NCBI GenBank assembly: GCA_035507155.1
Contig: DATJOK010000126.1
Coordinates: 1,409-65,408 of the forward strand
Origin: Stellaceae bacterium
Lineage (GTDB): Bacteria > Pseudomonadota > Alphaproteobacteria > ATCC43930 > CGMCC-115725
DNA: 64,000 nt
Reading direction: 5' to 3'
Position numbers and translations under genes: made by a program. Positions 48,734 to 57,367 of this stretch are shown here, piece after piece (the first letter of the stretch is position 1; every line of letters begins with the position of its first letter). The notes beneath the pieces are model-generated. The model was not told the DNA's origin, made no database searches, and worked only from the letters and a program-made list of their open reading frames with translations.

Positions 48734-48776
48734 TCGAGACTCCGAACCGGAATGCGGGCTCGCCGAGGGCATCATC

Positions 48777-49649
48777 TCATGCCCGGGCGTCGCGCAGGAA
48801 CGCGTTGAATTGAAGCGCCGCGCTCCCGGCAGAAAGGCCGGCGGGAACGATCGAATAGAGCGGCTTCGCGAGCGGGGTCTCGCGCACCCGGAGCGCCCGC
48901 AGGCTCCCCGCCCTCACCTCGTCGCGGACCGCGCTCGCCAGGGTGACGGAGATGCCGAGGCCGGCGCGCACCGCCTGCTTCACCGCCTCGGTGCTGCCGA
49001 GCTCGAGCCCGATGCGCAAGGTGCCGGCCGCGACGCCGAAGGCCTGCTGCAGGAGCCGCGCGGTGCCGGTGCCGGGTTCGCCGCCGATCATCGGCTCGCG
49101 CAGCAGCAGCGCCTTCTCGACCGATTTCCGGCCGGCCCAGGGATGCTCGGGCGACACGATCACCACCAGCTTCTCGCGGCGCCAGATCGCCGCCTCGAAG
49201 CCCTGCCGGTCGTCCCACCATTCCATGAGGCCGATATCGATCTCGCCATCCTCCAGGCGACGGGCAGTCTCGAGATTGGTGCCGATCCGGATCTCGAGCG
49301 GTCCCAGTGACGGCTGCGCCGCGCGAAAGGCGCGCAGCAGCGGCTGCAGCAGATAGACGCCGATGTTGCTGCTGGCGCCGATGGCGAGGCTGCCGCGATC
49401 GAGAACGGCCGCAGCCCGCTCGGCAAGCCGCAGCAGCGTGCGCGCCAAAGGCAGGAAGCGCGAGCCAGCCGGGGTCGTGACGGCGCGGGCGCGGCTGCGC
49501 TCGATCAGCAGATGACCGACCGCTGCCTCGAGCTTCTGGACATGCTGCGAGACCGTGGGCTGCGCGATATCAAGGCGCCCGGCGGCGTCGCGAAAGCTGC
49601 CGGCGTCGATCACCGCGACGAAGCTCCGGACCTGGTCGAGATCGATCAT
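48777..49649 (-). CDS. LysR-family transcriptional regulator (PtxE-like position)
   Basis: This is the C-terminal 290 aa of track ORF 48777..50405, starting at ATG 49649. The HTH is MIDLDQVRSFVAVIDAGSFRDAAGRLDIAQPTVSQHVQKLE. ATGA overlap with the upstream dehydrogenase stop. Confidence 0.9.
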   Translation of the reverse strand: MIDLDQVRSFVAVIDAGSFRDAAGRLDIAQPTVSQHVQKLEAAVGHLLIERSRARAVTTPAGSRFLPLARTLLRLAERAAAVLDRGSLAIGASSNIGVYLLQPLLRAFRAAQPSLGPLEIRIGTNLETARRLEDGEIDIGLMEWWDDRQGFEAAIWRREKLVVIVSPEHPWAGRKSVEKALLLREPMIGGEPGTGTARLLQQAFGVAAGTLRIGLELGSTEAVKQAVRAGLGISVTLASAVRDEVRAGSLRALRVRETPLAKPLYSIVPAGLSAGSAALQFNAFLRDARA

Positions 49650-50668
49650 GGCGCGGCGCCGCCCCGCGGCCGCCGCGGCCGGTTCACCGCGCCGGAGGGC
49701 AGCTCGCCGCGCAGCGCCTCCAGAATGCTGGTGGCTGCCGCGAGCGCGATCTCGCGGCGCACGCCGTCGACGGCGGAACCCAGATGCGGCGTCAGCACTG
49801 TCCTGCCGCTCGCCAGCAGCCGCGCCGAGACCTCTCGCGGCCGCTCCGGCAGCGCCCAGTCCTCCATGGCGAAGACGTCGGCGGCGTAGCCGCCGAGATG
49901 GCCGCTCTCGAGCGCATCGGCGACCGCCGCCTCGTCCACCAGCGACCCGCGCGCGGTGTTGACGAGAAAGGCGCTTGGCTGCATGCGCGCGAGGAACTCC
50001 GCATTCACGAGATGGCGGGTGGCGGGCAGCAGCGGCAGGCAGAGCACGACGAAATCGCTCTGCGCCAGCAACGCGTCGCGCGAAAGGCGGCGCAGCCTGA
50101 GCGCGTCCTCCTCGTCTGGCGCGAGCGGCTGCGTGTCGGTATAAAGCAGCGTCGCGCGAAAGCCGGCGAGGCGCCGCGCGAGCGCCTTCCCCACCGCCCC
50201 CGCGCCCACCAGCCCGACTGTGCCGCCGTCGAGCCCTTCCCCGTAGAGGATCGGACGCCAGCCTCGGAACGCGCCATCGCGCAGCAGCCGGTCGCCCGGC
50301 AGGATGTTGCGGGCGAGCGCGATCATCAGCCCGATGGTGAGCTCCGCGGTAGGCGCCGTCAGCAGATCCGGCACGATGGTGAGCCAGACGCCTCGCCGCG
50401 TGCACGCCTCGACATCGAAATTGTCATAGCCCTTGAGCGCGCAGGCGACGATGCGGAGATCGGGGCAGGTGGCGAGAAGATCATCGTCGATGCGTTCCGG
50501 CATGAAGGCCATCAGCGCCTGCGCCTTGCGGCAGCGCCGCCCGAGCTCTTCCGATGTCAGCGCCTCGGTGCTGTCGTTGGGCAGCACGTCGCAGGTCTCG
50601 CCGAGCCGGTCGAGGACCTCCGGATGGACGCGGCAGGAAACGACGACGGTCGGCCGCTTATATTTCAT
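49646..50668 (-). CDS. ptxD: Phosphonate (phosphite) dehydrogenase PtxD-like D-2-hydroxyacid dehydrogenase
   Basis: Track ORF 49646..50683; ATG 50668 (MKYKRPTVVVSCRVH...) is preferred over GTG 50683. It shows long collinear similarity to the Pseudomonas stutzeri PtxD sequence as I remember it. Shared blocks are MAFMPERIDDDLLATCPDLRIVACALKGYDNFDVEACTRRGVWLTIVPDLLTAPTAEL, GLVGAGAVG, VNTARGSLVDE, GGYAADVFAMEDWA and TPHLGSAV. Confidence 0.8.
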   Translation of the reverse strand: MKYKRPTVVVSCRVHPEVLDRLGETCDVLPNDSTEALTSEELGRRCRKAQALMAFMPERIDDDLLATCPDLRIVACALKGYDNFDVEACTRRGVWLTIVPDLLTAPTAELTIGLMIALARNILPGDRLLRDGAFRGWRPILYGEGLDGGTVGLVGAGAVGKALARRLAGFRATLLYTDTQPLAPDEEDALRLRRLSRDALLAQSDFVVLCLPLLPATRHLVNAEFLARMQPSAFLVNTARGSLVDEAAVADALESGHLGGYAADVFAMEDWALPERPREVSARLLASGRTVLTPHLGSAVDGVRREIALAAATSILEALRGELPSGAVNRPRRPRGGAAP

Positions 50669-50686
50669 TTCGCGATCTAACACGTT

Positions 50687-50715
50687 TTGACATTACATTT
50701 CTCAATGTATAAACT
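50687..50715 (+). promoter_or_regulatory. AT-rich divergent promoter region: consensus -35 TTGACA, candidate -10 TAAACT, and an ATT-N9-AAT (LysR T-N11-A-type) dyad
   Basis: TTGACA is at 50687-50692. After a 17-nt spacer, TAAACT is at 50710-50715; TATAAA is an alternative with a 15-nt spacer. The dyad ATTacatttctcAAT is at 50692-50706. This is the only AT-rich stretch between ptxD and the MBL hydrolase gene. Confidence 0.4.
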
Positions 50716-50744
50716 GGCCGTCCATCCGTCAAACGGAGACTGCG

Positions 50745-51479
50745 ATGGAGTTGCGGTTCCTGGGCTCGGGCGATGCGTTCGGCAGCGGCGGGCGCTTCAA
50801 CACCTGCTTTCACGTCCGCGACGGGCGCGGCGCGTTCCTGATCGACTGCGGCGCCTCCTCGATGATCGCGATCCGCAAATTCGCCGTCGATCCCAATGCT
50901 GTCCGCGCCATCCTGATCACCCATCTGCACGGCGATCACTTCGGTGGCCTGCCCTTCTTCATCCTGGATGCCCAGCTCGTGAGCCGTCGCAGCGCGCCGC
51001 TCGTCATCGCCGGGCCGCCGGGCCTGCGCGAGCGGCTCGACACCGCGATGGAGAATTTCTTTCCCGGCTCGACCAAGGTAGAGCGCCGCTTCGCCGTCGA
51101 GATCCGCGAGCTGGCACCAGGCACCAGCCACGACGTCGAGGGGATCGAGGTCACGCCTTACCTCATGCGGCATCCCTGCGGCGCGCCGCCCTTCGCTCTG
51201 CGGATCTCCGTCGACGGCAGGACGCTCTGCTATTCCGGCGACACGGAGTGGGTCGATGACCTCCGCGAGGCGGCGACCGGCGCCGATCTCTTCATCGCCG
51301 AGACCTATTTCTTCGAGAAGGCGATCAAGTTCCACCTCGACTTCGCGACCCTCGCCCGCCATCTGCCGGAGATCGGCGCCAAGCGCGTGGTGCTTACCCA
51401 CATGAGCCCCGACATGCTGGCCCGCGCCGGCGAGAGCGGCTGCGAGGCCGCCGCCGACGGCATGGTGATCACGCTCTGA
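50745..51479 (+). CDS. MBL-fold metallo-hydrolase
   Basis: 244 aa with the HxHxDH motif (ILITHLHGDHFGG). SD is GGAG. Confidence 0.85.
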   Translation: MELRFLGSGDAFGSGGRFNTCFHVRDGRGAFLIDCGASSMIAIRKFAVDPNAVRAILITHLHGDHFGGLPFFILDAQLVSRRSAPLVIAGPPGLRERLDTAMENFFPGSTKVERRFAVEIRELAPGTSHDVEGIEVTPYLMRHPCGAPPFALRISVDGRTLCYSGDTEWVDDLREAATGADLFIAETYFFEKAIKFHLDFATLARHLPEIGAKRVVLTHMSPDMLARAGESGCEAAADGMVITL

Positions 51480-51601
51480 GGAGCGGCGGTCAAAGGCGCA
51501 AGCCTCTCTGATCGGCAGCAGTACCGATCAATCGGCGGCCGGCCGCCTGCGGTAGGTGTGCGCTCGCGCGGCCGTCGCGCGATCGACCTCGGAGCGACCC
51601 C

Positions 51602-52378
51602 TTGACCCAGACCTTGCGCCTCGCCGTGTCCCTCGCCTTCGTGACGGGACTGCTCGCCGCGGCGGCAGGCGACGCCGAAGCCGCGCCGGCCAGGAACATC
51701 GTGCTCATCCACGGCGCCTTCGTCGACGGCTCGGGCTGGCGACCGGTCTACGACATCCTCTCCCGCGACGGCTACAACGTGACGATCGTACAGCAGCCGC
51801 TCACCGGCCTCGCCGAGGATGTGGCGGCGACCAAGCGCATGCTCGACCGGCAGACCGGCCCCGTCATCCTGGTGGCGCACAGCTACGGCGGCGCCATCAT
51901 CACCGAGGCCGGCACCGATCCGAAGGTCGTCGGTCTCGTCTATATCGCGGCGCATGCCCCCGACGAGGGCGAGACCGAGAGCGGCAATGCCGGCCGCTTC
52001 CCGGCGCTCGGCCGCGACGCGATCGAGAAGACGCCGGACGGCTACGCCTATATCGACCCCAAGCGATACCATGCCGAGTTCGCGGCGGATCTGCCTGCAG
52101 CCGAGGCGGAGTTCGAGGCGCGCTCGCAGTTCTTCACGCGGGCGAGCGTCTTCACCACTCCCATCACCAACCCGGCCTGGAAGCTGAAGCCGAGCTGGTA
52201 CATGGTGGCGAAGGCCGATCACATCATCAGCCCGGATCTCGAGCGGATGTACGCCGCCCGCGCCCACAGCCACAAGGTCGAGATCGCGGGCGCGAGCCAC
52301 TCCGTCTATCGCTCACACCCCAAGGAAGTCGCCGCGCTCATAGAAGAGGCAGCAAGGCACGCGGAAGATAATCAATAG
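51602..52378 (+). CDS. Secreted alpha/beta hydrolase
   Basis: 258 aa from a TTG start. It has a signal peptide (LAVSLAFVTGLLAAAAGDAEA), IVLIHGAFVDGSGW and the nucleophile elbow AHSYGG. Confidence 0.85.
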   Translation: MTQTLRLAVSLAFVTGLLAAAAGDAEAAPARNIVLIHGAFVDGSGWRPVYDILSRDGYNVTIVQQPLTGLAEDVAATKRMLDRQTGPVILVAHSYGGAIITEAGTDPKVVGLVYIAAHAPDEGETESGNAGRFPALGRDAIEKTPDGYAYIDPKRYHAEFAADLPAAEAEFEARSQFFTRASVFTTPITNPAWKLKPSWYMVAKADHIISPDLERMYAARAHSHKVEIAGASHSVYRSHPKEVAALIEEAARHAEDNQ

Positions 52379-52399
52379 AGGCGCGAGGCACCGCTGTCT

Positions 52400-52425
52400 C
52401 TCCGCGCGGTTCCGTGCGCGCGGAG
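52400..52425 (+). terminator. 9-bp GC hairpin downstream of the hydrolase gene (terminator-like, no U-tract)
   Basis: CTCCGCGCG (52400-52408) pairs with CGCGCGGAG (52417-52425) across an 8-nt loop. Confidence 0.3.
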
Positions 52426-52527
52426 CACCACGGCAAGCGCGGCCAAAACGAGCCAAGATCGATTGAGAACCGGCAACTCCGGCATGCGAGAAGAGTTATC
52501 TCTCCTCGAAGCACGCGGAGGATGCCG

Positions 52528-53058
52528 ATGGCGCAAGCGAGCACGACGGGCCGATCCGGCCCGGAGGCAATGCCGATGCCGGAGAAGATCCCGGTCACCC
52601 TCACGATCAACGGTGTCGAGAGGCGGATCGAAATCGCGCCATGGACGAGTTTGCTCGACCTGCTGCGCGACCGCCTCGACCTCACCGGCACCAAGAAGGG
52701 CTGCGATCACGGCCAGTGCGGCGCCTGCACCGTGCTGCTGGACGGGCGGCGCATCAATTCCTGCCTGACGCTCGCCGTCATGCATGACGGCGCCGCGATC
52801 ACCACCATCGAGGGACTGGAGCGGGACGGCGCGCTGCACCCGCTGCAGCAGGCCTTCATCGATCACGACGCCTTCCAGTGCGGCTACTGTACGCCCGGAC
52901 AGATCTGTTCTGCGGCCGGCCTCATCGCCGAGGGCAAGGCTCGCACCGCCGACGAGATCCGCGAGCTCATGAGCGGCAACATCTGCCGCTGCGCCGCCTA
53001 TCCCAACATCGTCGCCGCGATCCAGCAGGCGATGGACGCGATGGGAGGCAAGCCATGA
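52528..53058 (+). CDS. Xanthine dehydrogenase-family [2Fe-2S] small subunit
   Basis: Track ORF 52414..53058. ATG 52528 is preferred (GGAGG followed by a 6-nt spacer). It carries [21 protein letters not shown] and NICRCAAY cysteine clusters. No twin-arginine signal was seen. Confidence 0.9.
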   Translation: MAQASTTGRSGPEAMPMPEKIPVTLTINGVERRIEIAPWTSLLDLLRDRLDLTGTKKGCDHGQCGACTVLLDGRRINSCLTLAVMHDGAAITTIEGLERDGALHPLQQAFIDHDAFQCGYCTPGQICSAAGLIAEGKARTADEIRELMSGNICRCAAYPNIVAAIQQAMDAMGGKP

Positions 53059-54071
53059 TCAATTTCGCCTACGCCCGCGCCGGCGATGCCACCGAGGCCA
53101 TCAGGCTGATGGCCGCCGCCCCCGGCGCGAAATTCATCGCCGGCGGGACCAACCTGATCGACCTCATGAAGGTGAATGTCGAGCGCCCGGCGCGGCTCAT
53201 CGACATCTCGCGCCTGCCGCTGAAATCCGTGGAGGAGACCGCCGGCGGCGGGCTCCGCATCGGCGCCCTGGTGCCGAACAGCGACCTCGCCTACCACCCG
53301 CTGATCCAGAAACGCTATCCACTCGTCGGCAGCGCCATCCTCGCCGGCGCCTCGCAGCAGCTCCGCAACATGGCTACGACCGGCGGCAACCTGCTGCAGC
53401 GGACGCGCTGCGCCTACTTCTATGACACGGCGACGCCCTGCAACAAGCGCCAGCCCGGCAGCGGCTGCGCCGCCCGCGAGGGCCTCAACCGCGGGCACGC
53501 GATCCTCGGCACCAGCGAGCATTGCATCGCGGTGCATCCCTCGGACATGTGCGTGGCGCTGGCGGCGCTCGCCGCCGAGGTGCATGTGCTGGGCCCCAAG
53601 GGCGAGCGGCGGATCGCCTTTGCCGATTTCCATCGCCTCGCCGGCAGCACGCCCGAGCGCGACAGCAATCTCGATCCCGGCGAGATCATCACCGCGGTGG
53701 AACTCCCCGCCAAGGGCTTCGCGGCCAACTACAGCTATCTCAAGATCCGCGACCGGCTCTCCTACGCCTTCGCGCTGATCTCGGTGGCGGCGGCGCTCGA
53801 GGTGGAGAACGGCACGATCAAGGACGCGCGCCTGGCCTTGGGCGGCGTCGCCCACAAGCCCTGGCGCAGGCCGGAGGCGGAAGCCGCGCTGAAAGGCGAG
53901 CGCGCCGACGAAACCGTCTTCGCGCGTGCCGCGGACCTGCTGCTGCACGATGCCAGGGGCTTCGGCCACAACGACTTCAAGATCGACCTCGCCCGACGCG
54001 CCATCCTCCGCACCTTGGGCCAGGCGGCGCGCGGCGAGCCGCAATCGCAATCCGACAAGAAGATCCGGTGA
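53055..54071 (+). CDS. Xanthine dehydrogenase-family FAD-binding medium subunit
   Basis: The start is at ATG 53055 ([18 protein letters not shown]...[13 protein letters not shown]) with ATGA overlap on the small subunit stop. The CO dehydrogenase flavoprotein C-domain is ...[19 protein letters not shown].... Confidence 0.9.
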   Translation: MINFAYARAGDATEAIRLMAAAPGAKFIAGGTNLIDLMKVNVERPARLIDISRLPLKSVEETAGGGLRIGALVPNSDLAYHPLIQKRYPLVGSAILAGASQQLRNMATTGGNLLQRTRCAYFYDTATPCNKRQPGSGCAAREGLNRGHAILGTSEHCIAVHPSDMCVALAALAAEVHVLGPKGERRIAFADFHRLAGSTPERDSNLDPGEIITAVELPAKGFAANYSYLKIRDRLSYAFALISVAAALEVENGTIKDARLALGGVAHKPWRRPEAEAALKGERADETVFARAADLLLHDARGFGHNDFKIDLARRAILRTLGQAARGEPQSQSDKKIR

Positions 54072-54076
54072 GCGCC

Positions 54077-56293
54077 ATGGCAGCCTATATCGGCACCCCC
54101 ACCTCCCGCGTCGACGGCCGCGCCAAGGTCACCGGAGCGGCGAAATATGCCGGCGAGTTCGCCCGGCCCGGCCTCGCCCACGGCAGCCTGGTGACCTCGA
54201 CCGTCGCCCGGGGCCGCATCCGCCGCATCGACAGCGGCGCCGCGCGCCGCGTCCCCGGCGTGATCGCCGTGCTGACTCACGAGAACCGGCCGCCGATGGC
54301 GGACAACGACGCGGCGCACAAGGACGACGTGGCACCCGATGGCGCGCCGTTCCGGCCGCTCTACGACGACCGCATCCTGTTCAACGGCCAGCCGGTGGCG
54401 CTGGTGCTGGCGGAGGAATGGGAGATCGCCCGCTTCGCTGCCTCTCTCGTTGCCGTCGAGTACGAGGCGGCGCCGCACGCGACCGACCTGCACCAACACC
54501 GCGACGAAGGCATTCCGCTTGCCGAGGACACCTTCGCGCTGACGCCGTCGAAGCCGCGCGGCGACGCGGTCAGCGCGCTCGCCGGCGCCGCCATCCGGCA
54601 CGAGGCCGAGTACTTCACTCCGGCCGAGTACCACAATCCGATGGAGCTCTTTGCCTCCACCGTGATCTGGGAAGGCGGCGGCAGGCTCACGGTCTACGAC
54701 AAGACCCAGGGCGTGCAGAACGTGCAGCGCTATCTCTGCGGCGTCTTCGGCATGAAGCCGGCGGAGATCCAGGTGATCTCCCCCTTCGTCGGCGGTGCCT
54801 TCGGCAGCGGGCTTCGCCCGCAGTACAACGTGGCGCTGGCGGTGCTGGCGGCCCGAGCGCTCGAGCGCTCGGTGCGGCTGGTGCTGACGCGTCGGCAGAT
54901 GTACTCGCTGGGCTACCGGCCGGCGACGATCCACCGTCTCGCGCTCGGCGCCAGGTCGGACGGGTCCCTCGACGCGATCACCCAGGAGGCGATCGCGATG
55001 ACCTCGCAATTCGAGTCCTTCGCCCGCAAGGACACGATCTGGTCGGGCGCGCTCTATCGGAGCGCCGCCGCGAAATACGATCACCGGCTGGTGCAGCTCG
55101 ACGTCGCCACGCCCTGCGACATGCGCGCGCCGGGCGCCGCGAGCGGCGTCTTCGCCCTCGAATGCGCGATGGACGAGCTCGCCGTGGCGCTCAAGCTCGA
55201 TCCACTGGAGCTCCGCGATCGCGCCTATTCCGAGCGCGACCAGAACGCGGACATGCCCTTCACCAGCAAGGAGCTGCGGCAATGCTACCGGCGGGGCGCC
55301 GAGGCATTCGGCTGGCGGCGGCGCAATCCCGAGCCGCGCTCGATGCGCGACGGCCGCGACCTCGTCGGCTGGGGGATGGCGACCGGCATCTGGGAGGCGC
55401 TCGAGATCAACATGGCGACCCGCATCGTGCTCACCGCCAACGGGCACGCCGAGGTCGCCTGCGCCACGATGGACATCGGCACCGGCACCTACACGATCAT
55501 GGCCCAGGTCACCGCCGACATGCTGGGGCTGCCGCTGGAGAACATCAGCGTGAAGCTCGGCGACAGCTCGCTGCCGCCGGCACCGGTCGAGGGCGGATCC
55601 TGGACCGCAGCCTCGGTCGCGAGCGCGATCCAGCTCACTGCCGCCGCGCTTCGCGACGATCTGCTGCGCCTTGCGAAGGATATGCCGGCCTCGCCGCTCG
55701 CCGAACTCCGGGCGGAGGATGTCGTCCTCCGAGAGGGCAGCGTCGCGAGCCGGCGCGATCCCCGCCGCGCCGTCTCCATTGCCGACGCAATGCGCCACGG
55801 CGGCACCGACCGCCTGGAGCAGCAGAAATCCTTCGAGCCGAAGCCGGGCAACCATGCGCAGAACGTGCATTCGGCGGTCTTCGCTGACGTGCGGGTGGAC
55901 GAGGAGATCGGCGTCATCCGCGTCGCCCGCCTGGTTACCGCGGTCGCCGCCGGCCGCATCCTCAACACTAAGACCGCGCGCAGCCAGATGATCGGCGGCA
56001 TGGTCTGGGGCATCGGCATGGCGCTCCATGAGGAGGCGCAGTACGACCATCGCTTCGGCCGCATCATGAACGCCGATTTCGCCGAGTACCACGTGCCGGT
56101 GAACGCCGACGTGCACGACATCGAGGTGATCTTCGTCGACGAGCCCGACGACAAGATCAATCCGCTCGGCATCAAGGGCGTGGGCGAGATCGGCATCGTC
56201 GGCGTCGCCTCGGCGATCGCCAACGCGGTCTATCACGCGACCGGCAAGCGCGTGCGCGACCTGCCGATCACCCTCGACAAGCTGCGACGCTGA
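54077..56293 (+). CDS. Xanthine dehydrogenase-family molybdopterin-binding large subunit
   Basis: It is in the frame of track ORF 53522..56293, starting at ATG 54077 (MAAYIGTPTSRVDGRAKVTGAAKYAGEF...). GTG 54068 is an alternative. It is ~738 aa and carries GGAFGS and ...GVGEIGIVGVASAIANAVYHATG.... Confidence 0.92.
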   Translation: MAAYIGTPTSRVDGRAKVTGAAKYAGEFARPGLAHGSLVTSTVARGRIRRIDSGAARRVPGVIAVLTHENRPPMADNDAAHKDDVAPDGAPFRPLYDDRILFNGQPVALVLAEEWEIARFAASLVAVEYEAAPHATDLHQHRDEGIPLAEDTFALTPSKPRGDAVSALAGAAIRHEAEYFTPAEYHNPMELFASTVIWEGGGRLTVYDKTQGVQNVQRYLCGVFGMKPAEIQVISPFVGGAFGSGLRPQYNVALAVLAARALERSVRLVLTRRQMYSLGYRPATIHRLALGARSDGSLDAITQEAIAMTSQFESFARKDTIWSGALYRSAAAKYDHRLVQLDVATPCDMRAPGAASGVFALECAMDELAVALKLDPLELRDRAYSERDQNADMPFTSKELRQCYRRGAEAFGWRRRNPEPRSMRDGRDLVGWGMATGIWEALEINMATRIVLTANGHAEVACATMDIGTGTYTIMAQVTADMLGLPLENISVKLGDSSLPPAPVEGGSWTAASVASAIQLTAAALRDDLLRLAKDMPASPLAELRAEDVVLREGSVASRRDPRRAVSIADAMRHGGTDRLEQQKSFEPKPGNHAQNVHSAVFADVRVDEEIGVIRVARLVTAVAAGRILNTKTARSQMIGGMVWGIGMALHEEAQYDHRFGRIMNADFAEYHVPVNADVHDIEVIFVDEPDDKINPLGIKGVGEIGIVGVASAIANAVYHATGKRVRDLPITLDKLRR

Positions 56294-56329
56294 GGCTTCG
56301 CCGCCCCGCCCGGGGCCGGTCACCAGCGC

Positions 56330-57247
56330 TCAATAGATCTCCGGGATCCAGCGCTGGCTCGACTTCTTCGGACGGACGTAGCCGCCGTCGGGCTGGCGCG
56401 GCGAGAGCTCGAGCTGCACCGGACGCAGGTCCTTGTAGGGGATCTGGCGCAAGAGATGGGCAATGCAGTTGAGCCGCGCCTTCTTCTTGCTGTCGGCGTT
56501 GACGATGTGCCAGGGCGTGAGCTTGCGGTCGGTGTATTTCAGCATCCGGTCCTTGGCGCGGGAATATTCCACCCAGCGCTCGCGCGACTGGATGTCCATG
56601 GGGCTGAGCTTCCAGCGCTTGATCGGGTTCTTCATGCGCTCGCGGAAGCGGCGCTCCTGCTCCTCGTCGTTGACCGAGAACCAGTACTTGATGAGGAGGA
56701 TGCCGGAGCGCACCAGCATCTCCTCGAAGAGCGGACAGGCGCGCAGGAACTCGCGGTATTCCTCCTCGGTGCAGAAGCCCATGACGTGCTCGACGCCGGC
56801 GCGGTTGTACCAGCTGCGGTCGAACAGCACGATCTCGCCACGCGCCGGCAACTGCTCCACGTAGCGCTGGAAATACCACTGGCCGCGCTCGCGCTCGGTC
56901 GGCGTGGCGAGGGCCACGATGCGGCAGAAGCGCGGGTTTAGGCTCTCGGCGATCCGCTTGATGACGCCGCCCTTGCCGGCGGCGTCGCGACCCTCGAACA
57001 CCACCACCACCTTGAGACCCTGGAGGCGCACCCATTCCTGCAGCTTCAGCAGCTCGAACTGCAGCCGCGCGAGCTCGTCGATATAGCCGTAGTTCTTGCG
57101 CGACCGACGCGGCGGGCGGCCGTCGCCGACGATGTGCCAGCGCCGCTCCACCCGCGCCTTCTCCTGCACGTCCCGCAGCACCTCGCCGCTCATCCGCAAG
57201 GCCCGGTGCAGCAGTTTCTTCCGCTTGCCCACCACGCGCTCCTGCAT
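56330..57247 (-). CDS. ppk2: Polyphosphate kinase 2
   Basis: 305 aa with FEGRDAAGKGG (Walker A), WYFQRY, FDRSWYNR and KRWKLSPMD blocks. Confidence 0.92.
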   Translation of the reverse strand: MQERVVGKRKKLLHRALRMSGEVLRDVQEKARVERRWHIVGDGRPPRRSRKNYGYIDELARLQFELLKLQEWVRLQGLKVVVVFEGRDAAGKGGVIKRIAESLNPRFCRIVALATPTERERGQWYFQRYVEQLPARGEIVLFDRSWYNRAGVEHVMGFCTEEEYREFLRACPLFEEMLVRSGILLIKYWFSVNDEEQERRFRERMKNPIKRWKLSPMDIQSRERWVEYSRAKDRMLKYTDRKLTPWHIVNADSKKKARLNCIAHLLRQIPYKDLRPVQLELSPRQPDGGYVRPKKSSQRWIPEIY

Positions 57248-57367
57248 ATCGCCCGATCGTGGGTGATATGCTCGCGCAACATTGCTACCAGTCGCTGAAG
57301 ATCGCGGCGCTCCGACCGAAAGTCCTGCGCCCGTATTCAGACTCCGCGGGGCCGGCCGGCGCCGCCG

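Noticed and set aside
51540-51560. 14-bp all-GC palindrome GGCGGCCGGCCGCC between the MBL hydrolase and alpha/beta hydrolase genes
   Set aside because: Short G/C-only palindromes arise easily by chance in this composition, and no second copy or associated regulator was seen.
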